The translations under genes and the position numbers were made by a program. Of a DNA stretch of 64,000 bases, positions 38,351 to 47,604 are shown one piece after another (within the stretch, counting starts at the first letter, position 1; every line of letters starts with the position of its first letter). The DNA comes from a bacterium (lineage in GTDB: Bacteria > UBA8248), in assembly GCA_963692865.2 (NCBI GenBank), contig OY843592.1, forward strand, positions 2,080,001 through 2,144,000, written 5' to 3'. Below the pieces are notes generated by a model. The model saw nothing but the letters and a program-made list of their open reading frames with translations, did not search any database and was not told the DNA's origin.

Positions 38351-38752
38351 TTGGAGTCGCCTCAAACCATTCAGACAGACCAGGCACCATCGCCCACCGG
38401 GACCTTCGTCCAGGCGCGCCGCGTGGGGAACCTCTTGTTCATTGCCGGCCAGCGCGGCATCGACCCCGACTCGGGGGAACTCGTCGAGAGATCCATAGAG
38501 GCGCGCGCCAGAAGGACTTTCGAGAACCTGAAAGCCATTGCGGAGGCGGCAGGCGGGTCGCTCGCCACGTTCGTTTCCACCGTCGTCTACGTGAGGGATA
38601 TGGATACCCACCGCCCGGCCATCAACCGGCTTTTTGAGGAATACTTCGGGCCGAACCTGCCCACGCGCACCATCGTGGAGGTAAGCCGGTTGAATCAGGA
38701 CGACATCGTGGAAATCGAGGCGGTGGTGATGATCCCCGGCGCGGAGGCTTAG
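38351..38752 (+). CDS. RidA/YjgF family protein
   Basis: APSPTGTFVQA, FIAGQ, PTRTIV, VEIEA. Confidence 0.9.
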   Translation: MESPQTIQTDQAPSPTGTFVQARRVGNLLFIAGQRGIDPDSGELVERSIEARARRTFENLKAIAEAAGGSLATFVSTVVYVRDMDTHRPAINRLFEEYFGPNLPTRTIVEVSRLNQDDIVEIEAVVMIPGAEA

Positions 38753-40341
38753 CCTGCGGACGCCGCGGGCGCTGGAAGCGGCTCCCACCATTTTTCGACG
38801 CCCAAATCATCCGCGATCACGCCGGCGGCGTTGTAGCCGGGCGCTCCGTTCAAACCGCCCCCCTGGCAACTCGAACTGCACAGATAGAAGCCCTCCAGAG
38901 GCGTCCGCATCCCGGAGAGCAGGGGATGGGGCCTGTTGATGCCCAACTGTTCGGGAATATACGCCCCCATGCGCACGCCGCCGCGGATCATGTTCTTGTT
39001 CCCGCGTTCCACGTCGAGCGGTGTGTAGAGCTTCGCCGCGCGGACGTTGTCCGGCGTGAGGTTCGGAGCGTAGCCCCGCCAAACGTCGACCAGGCGTTCG
39101 GTGTACGCCTCTTTTACTTCATCCCACTTCCGGGGGCCGCCGTCTTTGAGTTCATAGGGCGCGCCGGGCCACCAGAAGGCGACGTGGCCGCCTTGTGGCG
39201 CATAGGAGGGGTCGTGCTGGCTGTTGCATGAGCCGTTGCCCATCGGGCGAGACGGGATGAGGCCGTTTCTGCGCTCTTCGGTGTTTTCGGCCATCTCCTC
39301 GCCGGAATCCGCGCCGAATATGATGTTGTACGCCCTGCTTACGTCCGGGTCGAAATCCGCTGCGCTATACCGAGGGGGTTCGGCCAGGGCGAGATGCAGC
39401 GTACTAAGCGAATGGAAGCCCCAGTCCCAGTTTCGCACCTTTTCGTTCACCTCATCGGGAAACGCGTCTTCTCCCGCCATTTTAATGGATGCCGGCGCAT
39501 TGAGGCTCGAAGCGACGAATTGCGCCGCCATCATCTTCTCTCCGCCTTCGAGCATGACGCCCGTCGCGCGCCCGTTATCCCGTATCACTTCGCGCACGTG
39601 GCTGTTTCTCAGGACGACGCCTCCGTTCTGGATGACGATTCGCTCCAGCGCCAGAGGCAGTTGGATCGCTCCTCCCACCGGAAGACCGAGCGTCGTGTGG
39701 GTGGAAAACAGGCTCGGCAGGAAAATACCCGTACCCGGCGCGTTCTCCACCGTGATGGCGTGAGAGAACAAGAAAAACAAGGCCCGCATTTTGGGATGCT
39801 CGAAATGCGATTCGATGGCCTCGAAAATCGACATTTTCGCAAAGCTCAGGATCTCCCGTCCCGCATCGCTGTCCATCCTGGAGACGATTTCCTCAGGAGG
39901 CAGGGGCGGATGAAACAGGAAACTGCGCAGGAGCGGGGCGTGTTCCACGGCGAATCGTCGGTGAAGGTAAACGTATGATTCGGCGTCTTTTTGCGAAAAT
40001 TTCGAAATCGACGCCGCGCTTTTCTCAGCGTCGCGGTGAAGCAGAATGGCCGTGCCGTCCCGATAGAGCGTGGCGTGCTGCACGTCCGGCGTAAGCCACT
40101 TGAATCCGTATTTGTTCAGTTCCAGGTCCTTGACGATTGGAAAATCATCGAGGCCGATGAAGAAATTCGCGTGCATGTTCGATTGGTAGCCGGGCAGCAG
40201 GAATTCTTTGGTGCTCGATCCGCCTCCGATTTCAGGTTCACAGTCTAAAACGGCGATTTTCAGTCCAGCACGAGCGAGATACGCCGCGCATACCAAGCCG
40301 TTATGCCCCGCACCGATCACAACCCCGTCGAATTGCGCCAT
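38749..40341 (-). CDS. Phytoene-dehydrogenase-like NAD(P)/FAD oxidoreductase
   Basis: VIGAGHNGLVCAAYLA, YTPLD, RTPLEGFYLC, GAPGYNAA. Confidence 0.88.
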   Translation of the reverse strand: MAQFDGVVIGAGHNGLVCAAYLARAGLKIAVLDCEPEIGGGSSTKEFLLPGYQSNMHANFFIGLDDFPIVKDLELNKYGFKWLTPDVQHATLYRDGTAILLHRDAEKSAASISKFSQKDAESYVYLHRRFAVEHAPLLRSFLFHPPLPPEEIVSRMDSDAGREILSFAKMSIFEAIESHFEHPKMRALFFLFSHAITVENAPGTGIFLPSLFSTHTTLGLPVGGAIQLPLALERIVIQNGGVVLRNSHVREVIRDNGRATGVMLEGGEKMMAAQFVASSLNAPASIKMAGEDAFPDEVNEKVRNWDWGFHSLSTLHLALAEPPRYSAADFDPDVSRAYNIIFGADSGEEMAENTEERRNGLIPSRPMGNGSCNSQHDPSYAPQGGHVAFWWPGAPYELKDGGPRKWDEVKEAYTERLVDVWRGYAPNLTPDNVRAAKLYTPLDVERGNKNMIRGGVRMGAYIPEQLGINRPHPLLSGMRTPLEGFYLCSSSCQGGGLNGAPGYNAAGVIADDLGVEKWWEPLPAPAASAG

Positions 40342-40417
40342 CGGATTCTCTCCTCAATATGTTGGAAGCAGAATACCCAGCTTAGCGAATCCGGGATGAA
40401 AGGGCAAAAAGGCGCAC

Positions 40418-40451
40418 AAAAAAACACCCTGCCCAAAGAGCAGGGTGTTTC
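40418..40451 (-). terminator. Intrinsic terminator downstream of the DsbA-like selenoprotein gene
   Basis: AAACACCCTGC-loop-GCAGGGTGTTT followed by a T run on the minus strand. Confidence 0.75.
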
Positions 40452-40490
40452 ATTTTTCCTGGTGAGTGAAAGAGCCACCTGATATTCGGC

Positions 40491-41123
40491 TTAACTCTCT
40501 TCTTTTTCCTTCTCGATGCGTTGTCGCTTCACGCGCGCAACCTCGTTCTTCACGTCGTCGATGACGTCTTTGCCCCAAAAGAGCTTTCCCTCCACCACGA
40601 ACGTGGGGATTCCGTAAATTCCCAACCCTTTTCCCTGGGCGCGCTGGCTGTGGAGTGCGCCGATGTAGCGTCCCTCGGCGATGACGGCCTTGATTTCCTC
40701 TCCGTCGAGTCCTACATCCTCACCGAGCCCGGCGATGACGTCCAAATCCTCGAGATTCAGGTCGTCCTCCCAGCGCGCCTTGTAGCAGCGATTCCGGAAT
40801 TCCTTGAACTTCCCCTTGTCCCGAGCGTAATAGGTGGCCATGTGGAGGTTGGTGGTGCGGTAATCGCCTCCCGCCACCCGGATGGGCACGTTGTATTTCT
40901 CGGCGAGAGGTTTATGGTTCGTTTCGTAACTTTCCTGTTTCTGCTCCGGCGAGTAGCCGGCGAACTCCTGGCCGGGGGGTCTCCCTTCCCAACTGACCCA
41001 CTCGACGACGACGTCGGGGTCTTCTTCTATTACGGGCGTGCCACCCACGGTGGCGACATAGCAAAATGGTCATGTGTAATCCGAGTATTTCACCACAACG
41101 ATTGGTTCTTTCAACTCACTCAT
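40491..41123 (-). CDS. DsbA/FrnE/HCCA-isomerase-like protein, probable selenoprotein (UPFC), 210 aa
   Basis: ATG 41123 after GGAGG reads MSELKEPIVVVKYSDYT-U(41070-41072)-PFCYVATVGG in frame with track ORF 40491..41048; GIYGIPTFVV...FWGKD; hairpin at 41038-41057. Confidence 0.9.
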
Positions 41124-41200
41124 GGCGTTGCCTCCGTCAGGTTTGCAATGAATCTCTTGAGAATACCGTTGAATATGTATCCAGGCAGCAACTTTTTGGT

Positions 41201-42637
41201 TTATACCACTTCGGCGCGGTCGTGGTCGATGGCGTCATGCCCCCCGGGGTCGATCCACACCCCCATATTGCGCAGTTCCGTGACCGCTTGCGCGATTTCC
41301 TCCTCGTCGCCGTCGAATTCGCATACCTGCCAGCCCGATTGGGCATCCAGCTCACTCCTCATGATGCTGATGGAAAACGAGTATTTTCTTCCTAATTCCC
41401 ACAAAATGGGTTTCTGAACGAGATGACCCGGCACGGAGAGGACCAGCCGCTTGCAGCCTTGGGGTATGGGAGCGGCATTTATGCCGATCGGGCCGCCGTT
41501 TTCGAGTCTTTTGAGAAAGCCGCCGACAATTTCGGTGAGCTTGTCGTATTGCACCAGAAAGGCATCGTGCCCGTAGGTGGACTCCACAGTGTGCAACTCC
41601 AGTTCACGGCCCAGTTTTTGGAGAACTTGGGCGATCTCCATGCTTCTCTCCGGCGGGAAGAGCCAATCGGATATGAAGCATACGAGCAGGCATTTGGTTT
41701 TCAGCCGGGACAACGACGCCTCGAGGCTCTCGAAACCCAGGGAGGCGTCATAGAGGTCCATCATGCGGGAGATATACAGATACGAATTGGCGTCGAAGCG
41801 ATCGACGAATTTATCCCCTTGATGATCGAGATAGCTCTCCACCTCGAACCGCGAGGCGATGTCATTGAGCATCTTGTTCTTGTCTCTGATCTCGCGGCCG
41901 AATTTCTCCCACATGATTCCTTTGCTCAGATAGGTGATGTGGGCCAGCATGCGCGCCGCGCTCAGGCCCTTGCGCGGCCCTTCTCCGGCGGCGTAGTCGC
42001 CGTCGTTCCAATCGCCGTCCGCCGTGATGGCCCTGCGGGCGATTTTGTCCCATGCAATTCCCATCGGGTCCAGGCGCGCGGCTCCCGCGACCGGGATGAC
42101 GGAGTCGCAAAAATCGCTGTAGCGCAGGCCCCATTCCAGGGTTTGCATCCCGGCGAGCGAGCCGCCGATGACCGTTTTGAGGCGTTTTACGCCCAGATGA
42201 TCGAGAAGCAGTTTTTGGACGCGAACTGTGTCCTCCACCGTGGTGACGGGAAAATTGGTGTTGTAGGCTCTGCCCGTAGCGGGATTGATCGAAGTGGGCC
42301 CCGTGGTGCCTGAGCATCCCCCCAAGTTATTCGAGGAGACGACGAAATATTTTCGGGTATCGATGGCCTTGCCGGGGCCGATCATCGGGTCCCACCAGCC
42401 CGGGCGCGGGTCGTCCGGGTTGTGGAAGCCGGCTGCGTGCGCGTCGCCTGTGAGCGCGTGGATGACCAAAACGGCGTTGTCGGCACTTGGAGAGAGGTCG
42501 CCGTACGTCTCATATGCCACCTGGACTTCGGGCAATATGTCGCCCGAATCGGTCTTAAACGGTTCGGGAAGGGTGATGGTCCGTGTTTCCGTAAGGCCGA
42601 CCGAACCGGGGTCTTGCGGAGAATTTTCTTGACTCAT
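41201..42637 (-). CDS. metX: Homoserine O-acyltransferase with C-terminal NIL-like domain
   Basis: HALTGDAH, GWWDPMIGPGK, GGCSGTTGP, GGSLAG, RFDANSY, YGHDAFL, plus about 85 extra C-terminal residues resembling NIL. Confidence 0.92.
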   Translation of the reverse strand: MSQENSPQDPGSVGLTETRTITLPEPFKTDSGDILPEVQVAYETYGDLSPSADNAVLVIHALTGDAHAAGFHNPDDPRPGWWDPMIGPGKAIDTRKYFVVSSNNLGGCSGTTGPTSINPATGRAYNTNFPVTTVEDTVRVQKLLLDHLGVKRLKTVIGGSLAGMQTLEWGLRYSDFCDSVIPVAGAARLDPMGIAWDKIARRAITADGDWNDGDYAAGEGPRKGLSAARMLAHITYLSKGIMWEKFGREIRDKNKMLNDIASRFEVESYLDHQGDKFVDRFDANSYLYISRMMDLYDASLGFESLEASLSRLKTKCLLVCFISDWLFPPERSMEIAQVLQKLGRELELHTVESTYGHDAFLVQYDKLTEIVGGFLKRLENGGPIGINAAPIPQGCKRLVLSVPGHLVQKPILWELGRKYSFSISIMRSELDAQSGWQVCEFDGDEEEIAQAVTELRNMGVWIDPGGHDAIDHDRAEVV

Positions 42638-42868
42638 GATTTGGCGCGATTTCCTTATCTCCAGAACAAGAATATATACTGGTTTGTAGCAAAATTATGT
42701 GTTTTGCACACGCTTGTTCAAGTGGATGTCGCGTTTGCTCGTTTTTTCTTGTTTGCCGCCATGGTGGTTGTTACATTTTTCATGAGCGAAATAGAATCCT
42801 TTTGGGGTCATGGAATCAGAAAGTCGCCGGATTGAGCATTTATTTTCCGCCGTTTTTTGGTGTCTCAA

Positions 42869-43666
42869 ATGATAGTTTGTCCGCGGGATAAACATGTTCG
42901 TCTCATCTGTCAGCATGACCATGCCCGGGCCGCCGGTACGATTGCGCGAAATTGGACGGGTATCGAATCGCTTCCCTCTCCGCCGAATGAACTCAGAGAG
43001 AAAGTTTTGTTCGCCATCGACAACCACGACGTTGGATGGTGCCGCCCGGATGCTACCCCGAGATGGGATGAAATGACGAAACTGCCTTATAGTTTTTTCG
43101 GCATAACGGCGGACAAGGCGGTTGAAATATGGTCGGAAGGCATTGATTCCTGCGCGTCTTTTCATCCGTTTTCGGGTTGTCTTGTCAGCCTTCACTTCTC
43201 TTCGCTCGCCGCAGGAGGAAGGAGGGGCGCGCCATTTGAGGTGTCCAAGGTACTTAACGGGTTCATTCACGCTGAATCAAAAAGGCAGGAAAAGTTGGAC
43301 GCCCTCATCGAGCCGCGACACAAAGACGCGATTGAAAACTCCGTGTCTTTGCTCAGGGTTTGCGATACGTTGTCCCTGTTGGCATGTCGGGCGCCGGAAA
43401 TCACCCCGCCCGATGACGCCATCCATCCTTTGACGCAGAGTGGGTTGAACGTGAAAACCGCAAACACCGATGATCTGGAGATATCTCCATGGCCGTTCTC
43501 GGAGGATTCGATCGAGTTGCGGATGCCGGGGTTGGTCCTGCCGGGTGAGTATTTTGCGGATGAAAAAGAACTGGCTGAAGCGGTTCCTATGGCGGAACCC
43601 ATTGTATTTTCAAGCGTTCTTAGGCCGATTATCGGAGAGGCGGAAAACGAAGATGCGCGGAATTGA
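42869..43666 (+). CDS. DUF3891-like protein
   Basis: MIV...QHDHA, AIDNHDVGW, LVSLHF, CDTLSL, ISPWPF. Confidence 0.75.
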   Translation: MIVCPRDKHVRLICQHDHARAAGTIARNWTGIESLPSPPNELREKVLFAIDNHDVGWCRPDATPRWDEMTKLPYSFFGITADKAVEIWSEGIDSCASFHPFSGCLVSLHFSSLAAGGRRGAPFEVSKVLNGFIHAESKRQEKLDALIEPRHKDAIENSVSLLRVCDTLSLLACRAPEITPPDDAIHPLTQSGLNVKTANTDDLEISPWPFSEDSIELRMPGLVLPGEYFADEKELAEAVPMAEPIVFSSVLRPIIGEAENEDARN

Positions 43667-43681
43667 AATCTTGGAGACGGA

Positions 43682-45841
43682 ATGAAGAGCGAAGTCGCCG
43701 CTTTGGAGTTGAACGTCGCTGCGGGGATTGTCCGGCATGAGGGCCGCATTCTCATTTGTCAGCGCCCTGCGGGCGGTCACATGGCAGGTTTCTGGGAGTT
43801 TCCCGGTGGTAAAATAGAGGATGGGGAGACACCCCAGGAAGCCCTGCGCAGGGAAATTTACGAGGAGCTCGGGGTCGAAGTACGCGTGGGTCGTCTTCAT
43901 TGGGAGACCCGGCATCGGTATCCCGATAGAGACGTTCACCTGCGCTTTTATGATTGTGAATGGGAGAGCGGAGTGGCGAAGAATGAAGAGGTGGCCAAGC
44001 ACGAATGGGTTCATCCTTCCTCATTGGGAGATTTTGATTTCCTGCCTGCGGATGCGCGGTTGGTAGAATCTCTCATGAATGGCGAGGAAATACGGGATTC
44101 GGGTGAAGAGGCGAAATCCGTCTCGGAGGCTGATGTAAGCGCCGCTTACGATACCTGCATGAAAATCGTAGTTGGCCACTACGAAAATTTTCCCGTTGCT
44201 TCGAAGTTGTTGTCGGCGAAGATAAGGCCGCACGTCACTGCGGTATACGCTTTCGCCAGAGGCGCCGATGATATCGCGGATACGGCCGGGCCCGTCGATG
44301 AGCGCCTCGCACGTCTTGATGAATGGGAAGAAAAGCTCATTTTGGCCCACAAGGGAGTTGCGGAAACGGACGTTTTCATTGCGCTGTCCGACACGATTCA
44401 AAAATTCGATTTGCCTTTGCAGCCTTTTCGGAATCTGCTCTCGGCGTTCAAACAAGACGTCACGATTCTCCGGTATCCGAACTATGAAGCCTTGCTTGAT
44501 TACTGCCGCCGATCGGCGGATCCCGTCGGGCGAATCGTTCTCATGCTGCATGGGGTACGCGATGAAGAGGCCCTTCGCGCCTCGGACGCCATTTGCACGG
44601 CCTTGCAGATTGCGAATCACTTACAAGACGTGAAAGAAGACGCCGAGCGGGGCATCGTCTACATGCCGCAGGATGAGATGAAACGATTCGCCGTTTCCGA
44701 GGATGATTTGCTTGCAGATGTGGCGACGCCTCAATTGCGCGCGTTCCTGGTCTTTCAGATAAAGAGGACAAAGCATCTCTTCAGGCAGGGCCTGCCTCTT
44801 TTGTACCGCACCCGTGGCGCATTGGGACGTGAACTTCGTGCGATTTGGCGCGGAGGCGTCGCGGCGCTTGACGCAATTTCCCGTGCGGAATGGAACGTCT
44901 GCGCGGGTTCGCCGCTTTTGAATGGTTGGGATAAAGCCAGGTCGTTGTTCGCGGCGTTTCGCCCGGTCTATCGGCTCGAATCCAACGTGGACCTACATGC
45001 GGAGGAGGAGTTGGAGCGCGCCTATTGTCGCTGGTTCATTCGCGCGAGCCGGTCGAATTTTTATCTCTCTTTTTTCAGTCTGCCTGCGGAGAAAAGGCGC
45101 GCCATCATGGCGGTTTACGCGTATTGCCGCATGGCCGACGACATCGCCGATGAGCCGGGCGAGATATCCGGCAAAAAAACTTCGTTGCGCGAATGGAAAG
45201 AGGCGTTAAATCAATTGAGCGATGAGGGCCCACCTCACCCGATAATTGGAGAGCTTGCGCGGGCGGCGCGAAAATACGACTTGCCGCAGGAGTATTTCCG
45301 GGCGATTTGCGACGGCGTGGCGATGGATTTGGAAGAGAGGCGATTTGAAGATTTTGCCGAACTGGAAAATTACTGTGACAAAGTGGCTTCAGCGGTGGGG
45401 TTGGCGTGCCTTGGCATCTTTGAGGCGAAATCCGAATTTGCGAAAGACTACGCCGTTTGTTTGGGAAGAGCACTTCAGATGACGAACATTTTGAGAGACG
45501 TTTGGGAGGATGCTGAACAAGGGCGTATTTATATTCCGCGAAGTGAAATGGAGAAATATGGCGTAACGGCCTCCGATTTAAGAGACAAAAAAGATACTTC
45601 CCAAGTCTTGAGTCTTCTTGGGTTTGTGGCGCATCGCGCACGAGGATATTACGAGGGAGCGAATGAAGCCTTGCGCCATGAGGCAAAAGAGAACCTTCTT
45701 CCGGCGAGAATTATGGGCCGAATCTACAAAAGGCTTCTAAGTGAAATGGATGGGAATCAATTTCGACACATGGATTATCGCCCCTCTTTGAAGTCCAAGG
45801 ATAAACTGCAAGAAGCGCTTCGCTGTTTTCTGGAATCATAA
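43682..45841 (+). CDS. hpnCD: Fusion of MutT-like Nudix hydrolase, HpnC (hydroxysqualene synthase) and HpnD (presqualene diphosphate synthase)
   Basis: Nudix box WEFPGGKIEDGETPQEALRREIYEELG; HpnC HYENFPVAS/ADDIAD/YCRRSADPVGR/LQDVKED; HpnD SNFY/ADDIAD/LQMTNILRDV. Confidence 0.88.
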   Translation: MKSEVAALELNVAAGIVRHEGRILICQRPAGGHMAGFWEFPGGKIEDGETPQEALRREIYEELGVEVRVGRLHWETRHRYPDRDVHLRFYDCEWESGVAKNEEVAKHEWVHPSSLGDFDFLPADARLVESLMNGEEIRDSGEEAKSVSEADVSAAYDTCMKIVVGHYENFPVASKLLSAKIRPHVTAVYAFARGADDIADTAGPVDERLARLDEWEEKLILAHKGVAETDVFIALSDTIQKFDLPLQPFRNLLSAFKQDVTILRYPNYEALLDYCRRSADPVGRIVLMLHGVRDEEALRASDAICTALQIANHLQDVKEDAERGIVYMPQDEMKRFAVSEDDLLADVATPQLRAFLVFQIKRTKHLFRQGLPLLYRTRGALGRELRAIWRGGVAALDAISRAEWNVCAGSPLLNGWDKARSLFAAFRPVYRLESNVDLHAEEELERAYCRWFIRASRSNFYLSFFSLPAEKRRAIMAVYAYCRMADDIADEPGEISGKKTSLREWKEALNQLSDEGPPHPIIGELARAARKYDLPQEYFRAICDGVAMDLEERRFEDFAELENYCDKVASAVGLACLGIFEAKSEFAKDYAVCLGRALQMTNILRDVWEDAEQGRIYIPRSEMEKYGVTASDLRDKKDTSQVLSLLGFVAHRARGYYEGANEALRHEAKENLLPARIMGRIYKRLLSEMDGNQFRHMDYRPSLKSKDKLQEALRCFLES

Positions 45842-47197
45842 ATGTCTGAGCCTGGCGGATCCGAACGGCCGGTCATCATTATCGGAGCTGGCGCAGCGGG
45901 CCTGTCTGCTGCCTTACGCCTTGCCGAGTCGGGTATCAAGGTTGTGGTTCTCGAAGCGGGGAAGTTGCTCGGAGGCCGGGCTCGTAGTTTCATGCACCCT
46001 TCAACGGGTTTGGAGTTGGACTGGGGCCCACATTTGTTTATGGCGGCCAACCCGGCATTGCGTTCATTGTTGGAAAGGGTGGACGCCGCCGATGATGTTT
46101 TTTTCTCTCCTTCTCTGGAGGTCAGTTACCGTATTCGGAAAGCGGGGTCGGCCAGACAGACGCAATTGTCGTTTCCAGAGACCGGAGGGGTTTTTGCGCA
46201 ACTCCGGGGTTTGCTCAAATGGCAAGGTCCCCGCCTTTGGGAGAAAGTAAATCTTCTGAAAGGTCTTTCTGGGATTATTTCGAAATCGAGTGATGGGAAT
46301 CCGAATGAATCTATGGATGAAATGCTCAAGCGTCTTGGCCAGAGAGGTGAGGCGGTGCGCTGGTTTTGGGAGCCGTTTGCGCGCGCGGTGTTGAACTTGC
46401 CCCTGGAGCAGGGAAGTGCGGAACTGTTCAAGGCGGTGATTCGGGAAGCCTTTGCCCATGGGCCGAAAGGGGCCGCCTTGGGGGTGCCGATGAAGGCTTT
46501 GGGTGCATTATGGGCGAACCGGGCGGCTCAACGCATCCGGCACCTTGGCGGAGAGGTGAGACTTCAACAGCCTGCACTTGGTTTTGATGTCAAAAATTCA
46601 AAAATAAGCGGCGTGATGCTGAAAGAACGCGAGACCTTGTATGCTGCCGCAGTCATTTCCGCTGTGCCGCCCGACGCACTTGGCAGACTGCTGGGTGGAG
46701 AACTCGGTGAAGAGGCGCCTTTTTCGAGTCTGGGAAAATTGCGCCCTGGGCCTATCGCCAGCGCGTATTGCTGGCTTGAGGAACCGGATGAGGGACCTCC
46801 TTTCGAAGCGATTGTAAACGAGGAATGGGATTGGCTGTTTCGCCCGGAAGTCGGTAGAAAAGGCGTGAGAAACCTGGTGTGTCTGTTGGCCGGGGCGGAG
46901 GATTCCATCGCATCCGCGAAGAGGGCGACCATCGAGTCGTCTGCCGGAGATTGCCTGAAACGCATGATTCCCCTTAACCGTATTCGGGATATATTGGTAG
47001 TGCGGGAGCGCGCCGCGACCTGGGCGAACGGAGTGGCGGAGCAAAATTACCGGATAGATACGAAAACTCCGATAGAGGGCTTTTTTCTGGCAGGAGACTG
47101 GACTCGCACGGGTTTGCCGGCCACTGTAGAGGGTGCGGTGAGAAGCGGGGAAAATGCTGCACAGGCGGTTTTAGAGTATACCGAGGCCAGCTTGTAG
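45842..47197 (+). CDS. hpnE: Hydroxysqualene dehydroxylase
   Basis: IIGAGAAGL, GGRARSF, LAGDWTRTGLPATVEGAVRSG; directly follows hpnCD. Confidence 0.85.
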   Translation: MSEPGGSERPVIIIGAGAAGLSAALRLAESGIKVVVLEAGKLLGGRARSFMHPSTGLELDWGPHLFMAANPALRSLLERVDAADDVFFSPSLEVSYRIRKAGSARQTQLSFPETGGVFAQLRGLLKWQGPRLWEKVNLLKGLSGIISKSSDGNPNESMDEMLKRLGQRGEAVRWFWEPFARAVLNLPLEQGSAELFKAVIREAFAHGPKGAALGVPMKALGALWANRAAQRIRHLGGEVRLQQPALGFDVKNSKISGVMLKERETLYAAAVISAVPPDALGRLLGGELGEEAPFSSLGKLRPGPIASAYCWLEEPDEGPPFEAIVNEEWDWLFRPEVGRKGVRNLVCLLAGAEDSIASAKRATIESSAGDCLKRMIPLNRIRDILVVRERAATWANGVAEQNYRIDTKTPIEGFFLAGDWTRTGLPATVEGAVRSGENAAQAVLEYTEASL

Positions 47198-47235
47198 CTT
47201 TTACCCGATGAGATGTACGGTGATAGGGAGGAAAG

Positions 47236-47442
47236 TTATTCTTCTTGTTTGGTTACATTCGCCGCCTGAAGTCCTTTGGGACCTTGGGTGATCTCGAATG
47301 TGACCTTTTCACCTTCTTTCAGTGATTTGAATCCATCCGCAACGATGGCTGAGAAGTGAACGAAGATGTCGTCGCCATCTTCCCGTGAAATGAAGCCATA
47401 CCCCTTTTTGTCGCTAAACCACTTTACTGTTCCTTCTGGCAC
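47236..47442 (-). CDS. cspA: Cold-shock protein
   Basis: [31 protein letters not shown]. Confidence 0.95.
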   Translation of the reverse strand: MPEGTVKWFSDKKGYGFISREDGDDIFVHFSAIVADGFKSLKEGEKVTFEITQGPKGLQAANVTKQEE

Positions 47443-47604
47443 CTACAATCCTCCCGCGCGAGACCCTGAATAAGGTTGAGGGCGAAGCCTCAACCCGCCT
47501 GGACACCTTGATTCACGGGGAAATGCCTACTCTCCTAAGTTAAACAAAAGAGATATTAGATAAGATGCGTTGTTGAGAGGTTTGTGTCAAGAAAAAAATT
47601 TTCA

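Noticed and set aside
42638-42860. SAM riboswitch upstream of metX
   Set aside because: No SAM-I/II consensus recognisable; the region looks like an AT-rich divergent promoter.
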